The notes below the pieces were generated by a model that was given only the letters and a program-made list of their open reading frames with translations, ran no database searches and was not told the DNA's origin. The position numbers and the translations under genes are program-made. From a bacterium (GTDB lineage Bacteria > Patescibacteriota > Minisyncoccia > Phycocordibacterales > SBAW01), in contig JAKAHS010000002.1 of NCBI GenBank assembly GCA_021814825.1, forward strand, positions 1 through 33,971: 33,971 bases of DNA. The letters run 5' to 3'. Below, one piece after another: positions 16,471 through 25,431 of the stretch. Within the stretch, counting starts at the first letter, position 1; every line of letters starts with the position of its first letter.

Positions 16471-17658
16471 CTATTCAGTTGCGGCTTGTTCTGCGACTAC
16501 TTCGCCGGTCTTGTCTGCCTCGGCGATGTTCTCGCCGTGGGCGCCGACGATGTCGATCGACCAGCCGGTGAGCTTCGCGGCGAGGCGCACATTCTGTCCG
16601 CCGCGGCCGATCGCGAGCGATTGCTGATCATCGGCAACCGTGACGACCGCGCGGTGTTCTGCTTCGTCGATGTCGACGGAGAGCGCGCGCGCTGGAGAGA
16701 GCGCTTCTTCTATATACGCTTTCGGGTCCTCCGACCATTCGATGATGTCGATCTTCTCGCCGCCCAATTCCGAAGTGACGGTCGAAACGCGGACGCCGCG
16801 CTGACCGACCATCGAGCCTACCGGATCAACATGCGGATCGGTCGAGGCGACGGCGATCTTCGAGCGGCTGCCTGCTTCGCGCGCAACCGACTTGACCACG
16901 ACAACGCCGTTCTGTACCTCAGGCGCTTCGACCGCGAAGAGCTTCGCGAGGAATTGCGGATGTGCGCGCGAGAGGCGAAGGTAGACGCCGCGCGGGCTGT
17001 CCTCCACTTGATAGAGGTAGGCGCGCAGGCGCTCGCCCTGGCGGAAACGCTCGCCGCGGATCTGTTCCTCGAACGGAAGGATGCCGGTAGCGCGGCCGAG
17101 GTCGACGAAAATGTTGCCGCGCTCCATGCGCTGCACGGTGCCCGAGACGATCTCGCCCTCGCGCTTGCCGTATTCTGCGACGACGGATACCTTCTCTGCT
17201 TCGCGGATCTTCTGGATGATCACCTGCTTCGCGGTCTGTGCGGCGATGCGGCCGTAGTCGGTCTGATTCTCAAGCGGGAAGACAAGCTCATCGCCGAGCT
17301 GTGCGTCGCGCTTGATGAACTTGGCATCAGCAAGAAGGATGTGCTTCTCCGGATCGAAGCGGGGGAGTGCCGGCTCTTCTTCTCCGGTCTCGACATCCGA
17401 GACGGGCGCCGCCTCCTCCTCTTCTTCATCTTCGAAACGCACGGTGCTTTCATCGACCACGGTCTTCACCTGCGCGAATTCGGTGGCGCCGGTCGCGAGG
17501 TCGAGCTTGGCGCGGATGTCCTGCCCGTGCTTGCCGTATTCTTTCTTATACGCGGTCGCGAGCGCAGACTCGATCGCGCCGATGACCTTGTCGCGCGGAA
17601 TGCCGCGCTCTTCTTCGAGCTCGCCGAGAACGGAGTTTATGACTTTGAGATCAAACAT
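16471..17658 (-). CDS. nusA: Transcription termination/antitermination factor NusA
   Basis: YGRIAAQTAKQVIIQK, S1 and KH domains, AREAGSRSK, AIGRGGQNVRLAAKLTGW. Confidence 0.97.
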   Translation of the reverse strand: MFDLKVINSVLGELEEERGIPRDKVIGAIESALATAYKKEYGKHGQDIRAKLDLATGATEFAQVKTVVDESTVRFEDEEEEEAAPVSDVETGEEEPALPRFDPEKHILLADAKFIKRDAQLGDELVFPLENQTDYGRIAAQTAKQVIIQKIREAEKVSVVAEYGKREGEIVSGTVQRMERGNIFVDLGRATGILPFEEQIRGERFRQGERLRAYLYQVEDSPRGVYLRLSRAHPQFLAKLFAVEAPEVQNGVVVVKSVAREAGSRSKIAVASTDPHVDPVGSMVGQRGVRVSTVTSELGGEKIDIIEWSEDPKAYIEEALSPARALSVDIDEAEHRAVVTVADDQQSLAIGRGGQNVRLAAKLTGWSIDIVGAHGENIAEADKTGEVVAEQAATE

Positions 17659-17987
17659 AGGGTTAGTTCGTAAAGTTTATAAAAGCGGCACGTGCCCTTA
17701 TATTACCGTCGCTCGCTCGGAATGGAAAAGGTCGCTGCTGCGTCCATTTCCTCTTCTTTCGCTTCGCTAGGTAATAAAGTCTATAAAGTTCGTAAAGTCA
17801 TAACTCACAAACAAGACATCGGTCTTCTTTATGAACTTTTAATTTTATGAACTTTATAACTAACGAACCGCCCTCTCGGGGCGGTTACGGATACCACTAT
17901 CATACCGGCTTGCCGGTAGAAGTCAAGAAAAGAAGAGGCCAGACGCGACGCGCCTGGCCATCCTCGCTTTGCGCTTCTCGTGCGCTC

Positions 17988-18242
17988 CTAGTTCGGGAGC
18001 GGAGAGAATACCTGATCCCATCCCAAGCTGTGAAGAGTGCCGTTTTCAAAGGAGTCTTTCAGCTGGCGGTCGCCCTCGGCGTCTTTTGACGTGATGATGG
18101 CGACCATGTGTGCATCGAAATCGCACGTTTCGATCTTGAGCGTGCAATGCGCGCTGAGGGTGAGTTCTTCGAGGTTACGCTTGAATCGTGCGGCTCCCTC
18201 CTTGCCAAGGGTCGCCGTATACGTGATGCGAACATCATTCAT
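17988..18242 (-). CDS. Hypothetical protein, 84 aa
   Basis: Strong SD AAGGAGG before ATG; hairpin ~17937-17959 downstream. Confidence 0.6.
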   Translation of the reverse strand: MNDVRITYTATLGKEGAARFKRNLEELTLSAHCTLKIETCDFDAHMVAIITSKDAEGDRQLKDSFENGTLHSLGWDQVFSPLPN

Positions 18243-18358
18243 GTCGCCTCCTTCGCGAGTTCGTACAACTGCTCTATAGCATACTGGTGCTTGGTTGTGC
18301 GCACAATGTCGGCGTGTTCACAGCAAGCTCGCAGGATATTTCATATATAATGGAAGCA

Positions 18359-20101
18359 ATGCACATTGAAGAAGGGCAACTGAAGAATTTTTTGCTTGAC
18401 TCAGGGCTCGTGTCGCGCGCGCAGATCGAGGACGCGAGCAAGGGTGCCAAGAGCGGCGAGTCGGTCGGCGATGCGCTGGTGTCGCTCGGCGCCATTTCGG
18501 ATGACGACCTGCGGCGCGTGGAGGCGGCAGTGCTCGGCATCCCGTTCGTGAATCTTGAACGCGAGCGCATCGATCCGGACATTCTCAGCCTCATTCCGGA
18601 GCCGGTCGCGCGCACGCACAACATCGTTGCCTTCAAAAGGGACGGCGATTCGCTGCAGGTCGCGATGCTCGACACCGATGATCTTGCGGCGATCGATTTC
18701 ATCCGTAAGAAGACGCATCTCAAGATCATGCCGCGGCTCACTGGCCGCGATTCGATGCGTTCGGTCTTGGTGCAGTATCAAAAGTCGCTTAAGGCGGAGT
18801 TCGGCGATATCATCGCGCGCGAGGCCCAATCTCTTGAGGCGGTAGGTACCGGCGGCGCAATGTCCGAAGAAGATCTCAAGCAAGCGGCCGAGCACTTACC
18901 GATCGTGCGCATCGTTGACGCCCTGCTGCGCCACGCGATCATTCAAGGCGCGTCGGATATCCACATCGAACCGCAAGAAAAAGAATTGCTCGTGCGCTAC
19001 CGCATCGACGGCATCTTGCGCGACGCGATGACGCTTCCCAAGGGCGCGGCCGACGGCATCACTGCGCGCATCAAAGTGCTTTCGAACCTTCGTCTCGATG
19101 AAAAGCGTTTGCCGCAAGATGGGCGCTTCAAGGTGGAGAATGAAGGCGACCGCGTGTCGTTGCGCGTCTCCGTACTGCCGACGGCGTTCGGTGAAAAGAT
19201 CGTTATGCGCTTGCTTCCTGAGGGCCGTCGCGGCCTCACGCTTGAATGGCTCGGCTTCCATGGGCAAGGACTTGAACAGATTCATGAAGCAATGAAGCAG
19301 ACGATCGGCATGATACTCTCGACCGGACCGACCGGCTCCGGTAAAACGACGACGCTCTACACCATGCTTGATATCCTCAATCGTCCGAGCGTGAACATTT
19401 CCACGATCGAAGACCCGATCGAATATCAAATGCCGCGCGTCAATCAAACGCAGGTGCGTCCTGACATCGGTTTTTCATTCGCCAACGGTCTGCGCACTCT
19501 CATGCGCCAAGATCCTGACATCATCATGGTTGGTGAGATCCGCGACAAAGAGACCGCGAGTCTTGCGGTCAACGCGGCGCTTACCGGTCATCTCGTGCTC
19601 TCGACATTGCATACCAACACCGCCGCCGGCGCGATCGCACGCTTGCTTGATATGGACGCCGAAGCGTTCCTGCTCGTGTCGACGCTGCGCGTCGTCATCG
19701 GCCAGCGCCTGGTGCGCCAACTGTGCGAGCGGCGTGAAGAGTATAAGCCGACGCAGCGAGAACTTGAATCGCTGTCCAAGATCGCTGACCTCAACCGCGT
19801 GCTCGCGGCGCTGAAGGCGGAGAACATCGTTGATAAAAAAGCGACGTGGAAAGACATCCCGTTCTATCGACCGACCGCGTCGGCTGAATGCGAAGATGGC
19901 TATCATGGTCGTGTCGGTCTCTACGAGATCATGCATGTGTCGAGTGCGATCAAAGAACTGATCGACAAGCGCGCGTCTTCGGATGCGATCCAAGCGCAAG
20001 CGTGCAAGGAAGGCATGCTCACCATGGCGGAGGACGGCATCTTCAAAGCAGCGCAAGGACTCACGTCGCTTGAGGAGGTACTGCGCGTGATATCAGAGTG
20101 A
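18359..20101 (+). CDS. pilB: Type IV pilus assembly ATPase (PilB/GspE family)
   Basis: ASDIHIEP, RLPQDGR, Walker A GPTGSGKTT, TIEDPIE, MRQDPDIIMVGEIRD, TGHLVLSTLHT. Confidence 0.92.
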   Translation: MHIEEGQLKNFLLDSGLVSRAQIEDASKGAKSGESVGDALVSLGAISDDDLRRVEAAVLGIPFVNLERERIDPDILSLIPEPVARTHNIVAFKRDGDSLQVAMLDTDDLAAIDFIRKKTHLKIMPRLTGRDSMRSVLVQYQKSLKAEFGDIIAREAQSLEAVGTGGAMSEEDLKQAAEHLPIVRIVDALLRHAIIQGASDIHIEPQEKELLVRYRIDGILRDAMTLPKGAADGITARIKVLSNLRLDEKRLPQDGRFKVENEGDRVSLRVSVLPTAFGEKIVMRLLPEGRRGLTLEWLGFHGQGLEQIHEAMKQTIGMILSTGPTGSGKTTTLYTMLDILNRPSVNISTIEDPIEYQMPRVNQTQVRPDIGFSFANGLRTLMRQDPDIIMVGEIRDKETASLAVNAALTGHLVLSTLHTNTAAGAIARLLDMDAEAFLLVSTLRVVIGQRLVRQLCERREEYKPTQRELESLSKIADLNRVLAALKAENIVDKKATWKDIPFYRPTASAECEDGYHGRVGLYEIMHVSSAIKELIDKRASSDAIQAQACKEGMLTMAEDGIFKAAQGLTSLEEVLRVISE

Positions 20102-20206
20102 TCCGATCTTCGCCGACGACGAGCATCGCGATCCGATCTTAGATCCTAAGATATTCGTCCTGAGTTCTTTCGCCATAGCCACGTCGGCAGATGTTATACT
20201 TTTCAT

Positions 20207-21442
20207 ATGACCCTTTTTCATTTCACTGCGCTGCGGCAGGGAGGAGAGACGTTCTCCGGCGAGCGCGAAGCGAAGGACAAGCACGCGCTTGTCGAAGCGC
20301 TGCGCGCTGAGGGCGCGACCGCACTCGATGTCGAGGAAGGACGAGGCGGCGACGGATCGATGCAGCACTCGCTGATGACGATGAATATCAAGATTCCCTT
20401 CTTCTCTGGCGTGCCGGCGATAGAAAAGATCCTCTTCGCGCGGAATCTTTCCGCCATGATCTCCGCCGGGCTTTCGCTTTCTCGCGCGCTCGCGGTGCTT
20501 GAGAAGCAGACGCGCAATGCTGCAATGAAAGAAACCATCGCTGGCATCGAGCGCAGCGTCCGACAGGGGCGTCTCCTACATGACGCGTTCGCAGACTATC
20601 CGAACGTGTTTTCGACCATGTTCGTCGCGATGACGCGCGCCGGCGAAGAATCCGGCTCGCTGCCTGACTCCCTCAAGATCGTCGCGGTGCAGATGGAGCG
20701 TTCGAACATGCTGGTGAAAAAAGTTCGCGGTGCGATGATCTACCCCACGATCGTTCTTTTAGTTATGATCGCGATCGGAACCCTCATGCTCATCTTCGTG
20801 GTGCCGACCCTATCGGACACCTTCGCTGCGCTTGGCACCGATCTGCCGTTGCCGACGCAGATCATCCTCGGTCTCAGCAATTTCCTCATCGCCAACACGG
20901 TGTTGGTTGCGAGCGCTGCGATCCTTTTTGCCCTGGTCTTCATCGGCGCGCTGCGCACGCAGCTTGGCGCGCGCTTGTTCGACCGCATCATGCTCTCGGC
21001 GCCGATCATCGGTCCGATCATTGCGAAGATCAATGCTGCGCGTACCGCACGCACGCTCTCATCGCTTCTTGCTGCCGGGGTCTCAGCGCTCTCCGCTCTT
21101 GAGATCACGCATGACGTCGTGCAGAACATGCAGTTTCGCCCGATCATTACGCATGCGCATGAATTGGTAGAGAAGGGCAAGCCGCTCTCCGCCGCGTTCG
21201 TCGAAGCTGAGGGCGTGTACCCGATCATGTTCGCCGAAATGGCAGCGGTCGGCGAAGAGACGGGCGACATGTCCGGCATGCTCGGGCGCGTTGCGGATTT
21301 CTATGAAGAAGAGGTCGAACAGGAGACCAAAGACCTCTCTACGGTCATTGAGCCCCTGCTCATGGTGGTGATCGGCGCGGCGGTCGGCTTTTTCGCTATC
21401 GCCATGATCATGCCGATCTACTCGCTATCGAATTCTATTTAG
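20207..21442 (+). CDS. pilC: Type IV pilus platform protein (PilC/GspF family)
   Basis: FARNLSAMISAGLSL, AGEESGSL, AMIYP, VGEETG, IEP; three TM segments. Confidence 0.93.
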   Translation: MTLFHFTALRQGGETFSGEREAKDKHALVEALRAEGATALDVEEGRGGDGSMQHSLMTMNIKIPFFSGVPAIEKILFARNLSAMISAGLSLSRALAVLEKQTRNAAMKETIAGIERSVRQGRLLHDAFADYPNVFSTMFVAMTRAGEESGSLPDSLKIVAVQMERSNMLVKKVRGAMIYPTIVLLVMIAIGTLMLIFVVPTLSDTFAALGTDLPLPTQIILGLSNFLIANTVLVASAAILFALVFIGALRTQLGARLFDRIMLSAPIIGPIIAKINAARTARTLSSLLAAGVSALSALEITHDVVQNMQFRPIITHAHELVEKGKPLSAAFVEAEGVYPIMFAEMAAVGEETGDMSGMLGRVADFYEEEVEQETKDLSTVIEPLLMVVIGAAVGFFAIAMIMPIYSLSNSI

Positions 21443-21443
21443 T

Positions 21444-21947
21444 ATGCAGAAAGCAGTTTGCAGTAGGCGAAAGGAGAAAGGCAGCACGCAGTCATCAGCA
21501 GGAAGTCCCACTGCGGGGTTCACTCTTATTGAAGTGGTCGTTTCCGCGATGCTCATTTTGGTCGCCTTCGTCGGTCTCTATCAATTGTTTCAGATAAGCG
21601 CACGCTATGTGGTGACGGCGAAGGCGCGCGAAGCGGCGCTCTCGCTCGCACAAGAGCGCATGGAACAACTGCGCGCGCTGTCCTATGCGGCGGTCGGCAC
21701 GGTAGGCGGTACGCCGACCGGTTCTATTCCACAGAGCGAGGAGGTGACGCTCGACTCTACGGATTTCTTGCGTACGACTACCGTCGTGTACGTTGATGAT
21801 CCGGCGGATGGGACGGGTGGCAGCGATGCCGATGCGGGCGGGCCTAACGATTACAAAAAAGCGCAGGTGAGCGTGTCGTTTCCTACGGAAAATGGCACGA
21901 CCACGGTGACGCTCGTCTCGAACTTCATTTCGGGGACAGCGATGTAA
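21444..21947 (+). CDS. Minor pilin (PilV-like) with class III signal
   Basis: G|FTLIEVVVSAMLIL prepilin cleavage/methylation motif. Confidence 0.85.
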   Translation: MQKAVCSRRKEKGSTQSSAGSPTAGFTLIEVVVSAMLILVAFVGLYQLFQISARYVVTAKAREAALSLAQERMEQLRALSYAAVGTVGGTPTGSIPQSEEVTLDSTDFLRTTTVVYVDDPADGTGGSDADAGGPNDYKKAQVSVSFPTENGTTTVTLVSNFISGTAM

Positions 21948-21979
21948 GAGTTTGTCTTAGGCGATCAGCGACAAAAAGT

Positions 21980-22600
21980 ATGCAGCATTCGATCCATATG
22001 AAAAAAATATCGGCGCGCTTCACTGCGGGCTACACCCTTATTGAGATGGTTGTGGTGATCGGCATATTTTCCCTGATCCTGTTTGCCAGTGTTGCGGCGG
22101 CGTTGATCTTTTTCCGAACGAACTCCGGGACCCTCACCCAGGCGTATGCAGTAGAGAATGCGCGCGCCGGTCTGCAGCACATCGTGGCCGATCTGCGCGG
22201 AGCACAGTATGGCGCCGACGGTTCTTATCCGCTCGCGAACATAAGTGGAACTGATGTCGCATTCTATAGCGATATCAACGGCGATGGTGTTCCTGAGCGC
22301 GTACACTATTATCTCTCCGGCGCAACGCTCTTCCGCGGCGTTGAAACAGCCGCGGGTTCTCCACCTGCGTATGGAGCGGAAGCGACCAGCACGATCGCGT
22401 CTTCGACACAAAATATCGCCGAGGATGTTCCGCTGTTCCATTTCTACAATGCGAGCGGCGCTGAGGTAACGACCATATCGCAGGCGAACCCGGTCGCCTA
22501 CATGACCGTGTATCTTATCGTGAATGGGCAGGGCAATGGTGCGGCTGGCGACTACGTTCTGCGTTCGACCGCGACGCTGCGCAACGCATCACAATTCTGA
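21980..22600 (+). CDS. Minor pilin (PilW-like); start may be 21998
   Basis: G|YTLIEMVVVIGIF; DINGDGVPE calcium-binding-like loop. Confidence 0.85.
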   Translation: MQHSIHMKKISARFTAGYTLIEMVVVIGIFSLILFASVAAALIFFRTNSGTLTQAYAVENARAGLQHIVADLRGAQYGADGSYPLANISGTDVAFYSDINGDGVPERVHYYLSGATLFRGVETAAGSPPAYGAEATSTIASSTQNIAEDVPLFHFYNASGAEVTTISQANPVAYMTVYLIVNGQGNGAAGDYVLRSTATLRNASQF

Positions 22601-22601
22601 T

Positions 22602-24104
22602 ATGGAGAATCAAAGATCAAAGATCAAGGATCAGCAGAACCGAAGCGCGCGCCTCAGGTCTTTACTGCAAACTGCAAACGGCAAACGGCTGACCGGTCCC
22701 ACTGCGGGGTTTGCCCTTATCGCGATCGTCATTCTTGCGGGCGTCTTCTTGTTGATCGGCACTGGTCTTGCGAGCTACCTTCTTACGATGCAGCGCGCGG
22801 AGGTTTATCGCGTCAGCGACGAGCAGGCGTTCCAGATCGCCGAAGCTGGAGTGGAATACTACGCCTGGCATCTTGCGCATTTCCCGAATGACGTGCAGGA
22901 CGGCACGGGACACAATGGTCCGTATGTGCACACCTATACCGATACGTCTGGCACTACGGTCGGCACGTTCACGCTTACCATCACGCCCAATTATCAATGC
23001 GGCGTTCTTCAGTCGGTCGACATATCTTCCGTCGGTGCCTCGATAGCCGATCCCTTGCGCACTAAGACGGTAGCAGTTCGTTATGCACAACAGACGGTCG
23101 TCAACTATTCGTCGATCCTGGCGAGCAGCCCGGCGTGGTTTGGACCTGGCAGCACCGTGTACGGCCGCGTTCATTCTAAGAACGGCATCCGTATGGACGG
23201 CACTAATCTATCGACGGTGGAAAGTGAAGTCGGAACATGGGACTGTACCTCGACGTACGGATGCAGCCCCGAACAAGCAACGGCTCAAGGCGTGCTTGGA
23301 AATGGATCGAACTTCGCGCTGTGGAAATGGGGCTCGGCAACCGCTCCGGTCTCGGTAGCGCCGAATTTATCGATCATGAAAAGCGCCGTTCAGACGGGGG
23401 GCGGTATTTATCTTGCACCGACGGGGATTCAGAATGGAGGATATCATCTCACATTCAATAGCAACGGTACGGTTACCGTGAACGAAGTGACCGCGGTCAA
23501 TTCCTCATTCTACAGTTATTCTGTAAGTGCCGGAGCTTTCATACCCGACACAACGCTCATACAGACACAGTCAGCCATGGGAGTTGATGCAGTCTCTCCT
23601 TCATGTAGTGTTATCTATGCTGATGATAACGTGTGGGTCGATGGCGTCGTGAATGGAAAGATAACCGTCGGCACTCCCTCCAACGCATATCTGCCCAACA
23701 ACATCACATACATGGCGTATGATGGCACGGATGGTTTGGCGGTGGTTGCATCGCAAAACGTCATTGTTACGCTTGATTCGCCGAACAACATGCTGCTCAA
23801 CGGCGCTTTCACGGCGATCAACGGCGTATTCGGTCGAAATGCGTACTACTCAGCTTCGTCTGGCTTCGGTGCGCCGTACATCGTGCCTTCTCAATATGAT
23901 GGGTCGTCGGGTGTGCTCCGGTCATCACTGTCGCTTAGCGGAATGTGGCTATCGAAGAAAGCGCCGGTGCTTTATTGGTCATCCATACCGAGCGGTTATC
24001 CAACCCGTAATTATCTCTACGATGGAACGTTCGCGTCTCGCGTGCCACCCTTCACACCGACTACTACCGCTCAGTACTCGTTCATCTCTTGGAAGCAGGA
24101 GTAG
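22602..24104 (+). CDS. Large minor pilin (PilX-like)
   Basis: G|FALIAIVIL without Glu5, AFQIAEAGVEY, beta-rich C-terminal region, C-terminal SWKQE. Confidence 0.8.
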   Translation: MENQRSKIKDQQNRSARLRSLLQTANGKRLTGPTAGFALIAIVILAGVFLLIGTGLASYLLTMQRAEVYRVSDEQAFQIAEAGVEYYAWHLAHFPNDVQDGTGHNGPYVHTYTDTSGTTVGTFTLTITPNYQCGVLQSVDISSVGASIADPLRTKTVAVRYAQQTVVNYSSILASSPAWFGPGSTVYGRVHSKNGIRMDGTNLSTVESEVGTWDCTSTYGCSPEQATAQGVLGNGSNFALWKWGSATAPVSVAPNLSIMKSAVQTGGGIYLAPTGIQNGGYHLTFNSNGTVTVNEVTAVNSSFYSYSVSAGAFIPDTTLIQTQSAMGVDAVSPSCSVIYADDNVWVDGVVNGKITVGTPSNAYLPNNITYMAYDGTDGLAVVASQNVIVTLDSPNNMLLNGAFTAINGVFGRNAYYSASSGFGAPYIVPSQYDGSSGVLRSSLSLSGMWLSKKAPVLYWSSIPSGYPTRNYLYDGTFASRVPPFTPTTTAQYSFISWKQE

Positions 24105-24112
24105 GAAGCAGG

Positions 24113-24152
24113 ATCATGAAAAGCGCGAGCGTGAGCTCGCGCTTTTCATGAT
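24113..24152. terminator. Bidirectional terminator between pilus cluster and accessory cluster
   Basis: ATCATGAAAAGCGCGAGC-GTGA-GCTCGCGCTTTTCATGAT (18-bp stem). Confidence 0.75.
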
Positions 24153-24169
24153 AGATCCGAGGCAGACTT

Positions 24170-24484
24170 CTAGATCCCACCGGTCGGAGGAGGAGGAGGA
24201 GTGCCCCCCGTGCTTCCCGTACCCCCTCCCGATGTTGGAGGATTAGAACAATCTGTTGCTCCCGGGGTGGGTATGAAGTCACCCGCATGATTACCACGAT
24301 CGCTACTGCTATCGGTAAGCGAATTCGCGGAAACTGAGATCATGGTGTACGGGTTGGTTATCGATCCCGTAGCATGACAGACCGTGACCTTATTGCTATT
24401 CGAATAAGAAAGTCCGGTCCATGCGCCGGTGATGAGACCGATCACCAGTGCGACAACGGCTGCAGTAATGCGAGTCATGATCAT
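24170..24484 (-). CDS. Small exported protein with Cys/His motif and Gly/Pro tail
   Basis: N-terminal hydrophobic helix; KVTVCHATGSITNPY...GNHAGDFIP...C; tail GGGTGSTGGTPPPPPTGGI. Confidence 0.75.
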   Translation of the reverse strand: MIMTRITAAVVALVIGLITGAWTGLSYSNSNKVTVCHATGSITNPYTMISVSANSLTDSSSDRGNHAGDFIPTPGATDCSNPPTSGGGTGSTGGTPPPPPTGGI

Positions 24485-24616
24485 AATTGTTAGTTAGACG
24501 AGTAAACGACCTATAAAAAGTATAGCACTCAAAGAGTAACCCCGGTTGGATATGAAAAGAAAATGCCGGCTCCCCATTGAAGGAGAGGCCGGCATTGAGG
24601 CGCGGTAAGGCCGAGG

Positions 24617-25207
24617 TCAGATGCTACCGCTTGGAACAGCAGGCGCTGAGCTGCCACTCGAGCCACCTGCACCGCCCACACCACCGGAACCACCCGCGCC
24701 ACCCGCGCCACCTGCGCCACCTGTTGCACTGCCGCCTGTTGCACTGCCACCTGTTGCACTGCCACCTGTTGCATTCGCCGAAGCGCCGGTCTGCGACACG
24801 TCGACCGTTGTCGGACGGATCGCAGCCGCAGCTGCGACCGCACCGTCACGGGAGATCTGTGCGGCATGAACCTCAGCATAGCCGAGGATGGTGGCACCTG
24901 CGACCATCGGAACGCCTGCGCCTGCGATCGCACCGCCGGTCGTTGTGGCGACCTGGCAGCCCTGCACGACCATGTGATCGCAAATGACCCTACCGTCTTC
25001 GGTGTGGCAGGTTTTGGAGATGGTGCAGATCTGTGCCACGCCTCCGGTTCCATCGACCGTTGCAACCGTTTTTCCGGTCTCGGTCCACGTACGGTCCGAC
25101 CACTCGACCTTGCCGTCGATCTTGCGCGCCATGTCTCCGGCGCAACCCGCGAGTAACAGCAGTGCAGCGAGGAGCGCACCGAGCATTCTTACACTTACGT
25201 TTTTCAT
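24617..25207 (-). CDS. Predicted lipoprotein with four-Cys domain and Gly-rich tail
   Basis: SD AAGGGGG, MKNVSVRMLGALLAALLLLAG|C lipobox, GGSAT repeats; terminator hairpin 24562-24596. Confidence 0.75.
   Translation of the reverse strand: MKNVSVRMLGALLAALLLLAGCAGDMARKIDGKVEWSDRTWTETGKTVATVDGTGGVAQICTISKTCHTEDGRVICDHMVVQGCQVATTTGGAIAGAGVPMVAGATILGYAEVHAAQISRDGAVAAAAAIRPTTVDVSQTGASANATGGSATGGSATGGSATGGAGGAGGAGGSGGVGGAGGSSGSSAPAVPSGSI
24716..24775. repeat. Four near-identical 15-bp tandem repeats (GGSAT)
   Basis: Unit GCCACCTGTTGCACT. Confidence 0.9.
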
Positions 25208-25431
25208 GATAACCCCCTTGCGCTTTACGCGCCTCGTTAATTGGAAAGGACTGCGTCTCAAGAGATGAAACTGAAGCTGGCTGCATTATGCACGGATTTT
25301 AATAAAAGTCAACTCCGCGTAAGGTTGTGGCGGAAGACGGGTCTGCAAACAACAAAAAGAAAAAGACCGACCTCTTGGGATATACCGCGAGGTATACTGA
25401 CAAGAGAGTCGGTCTTAAGGTAGGTGAGCGC

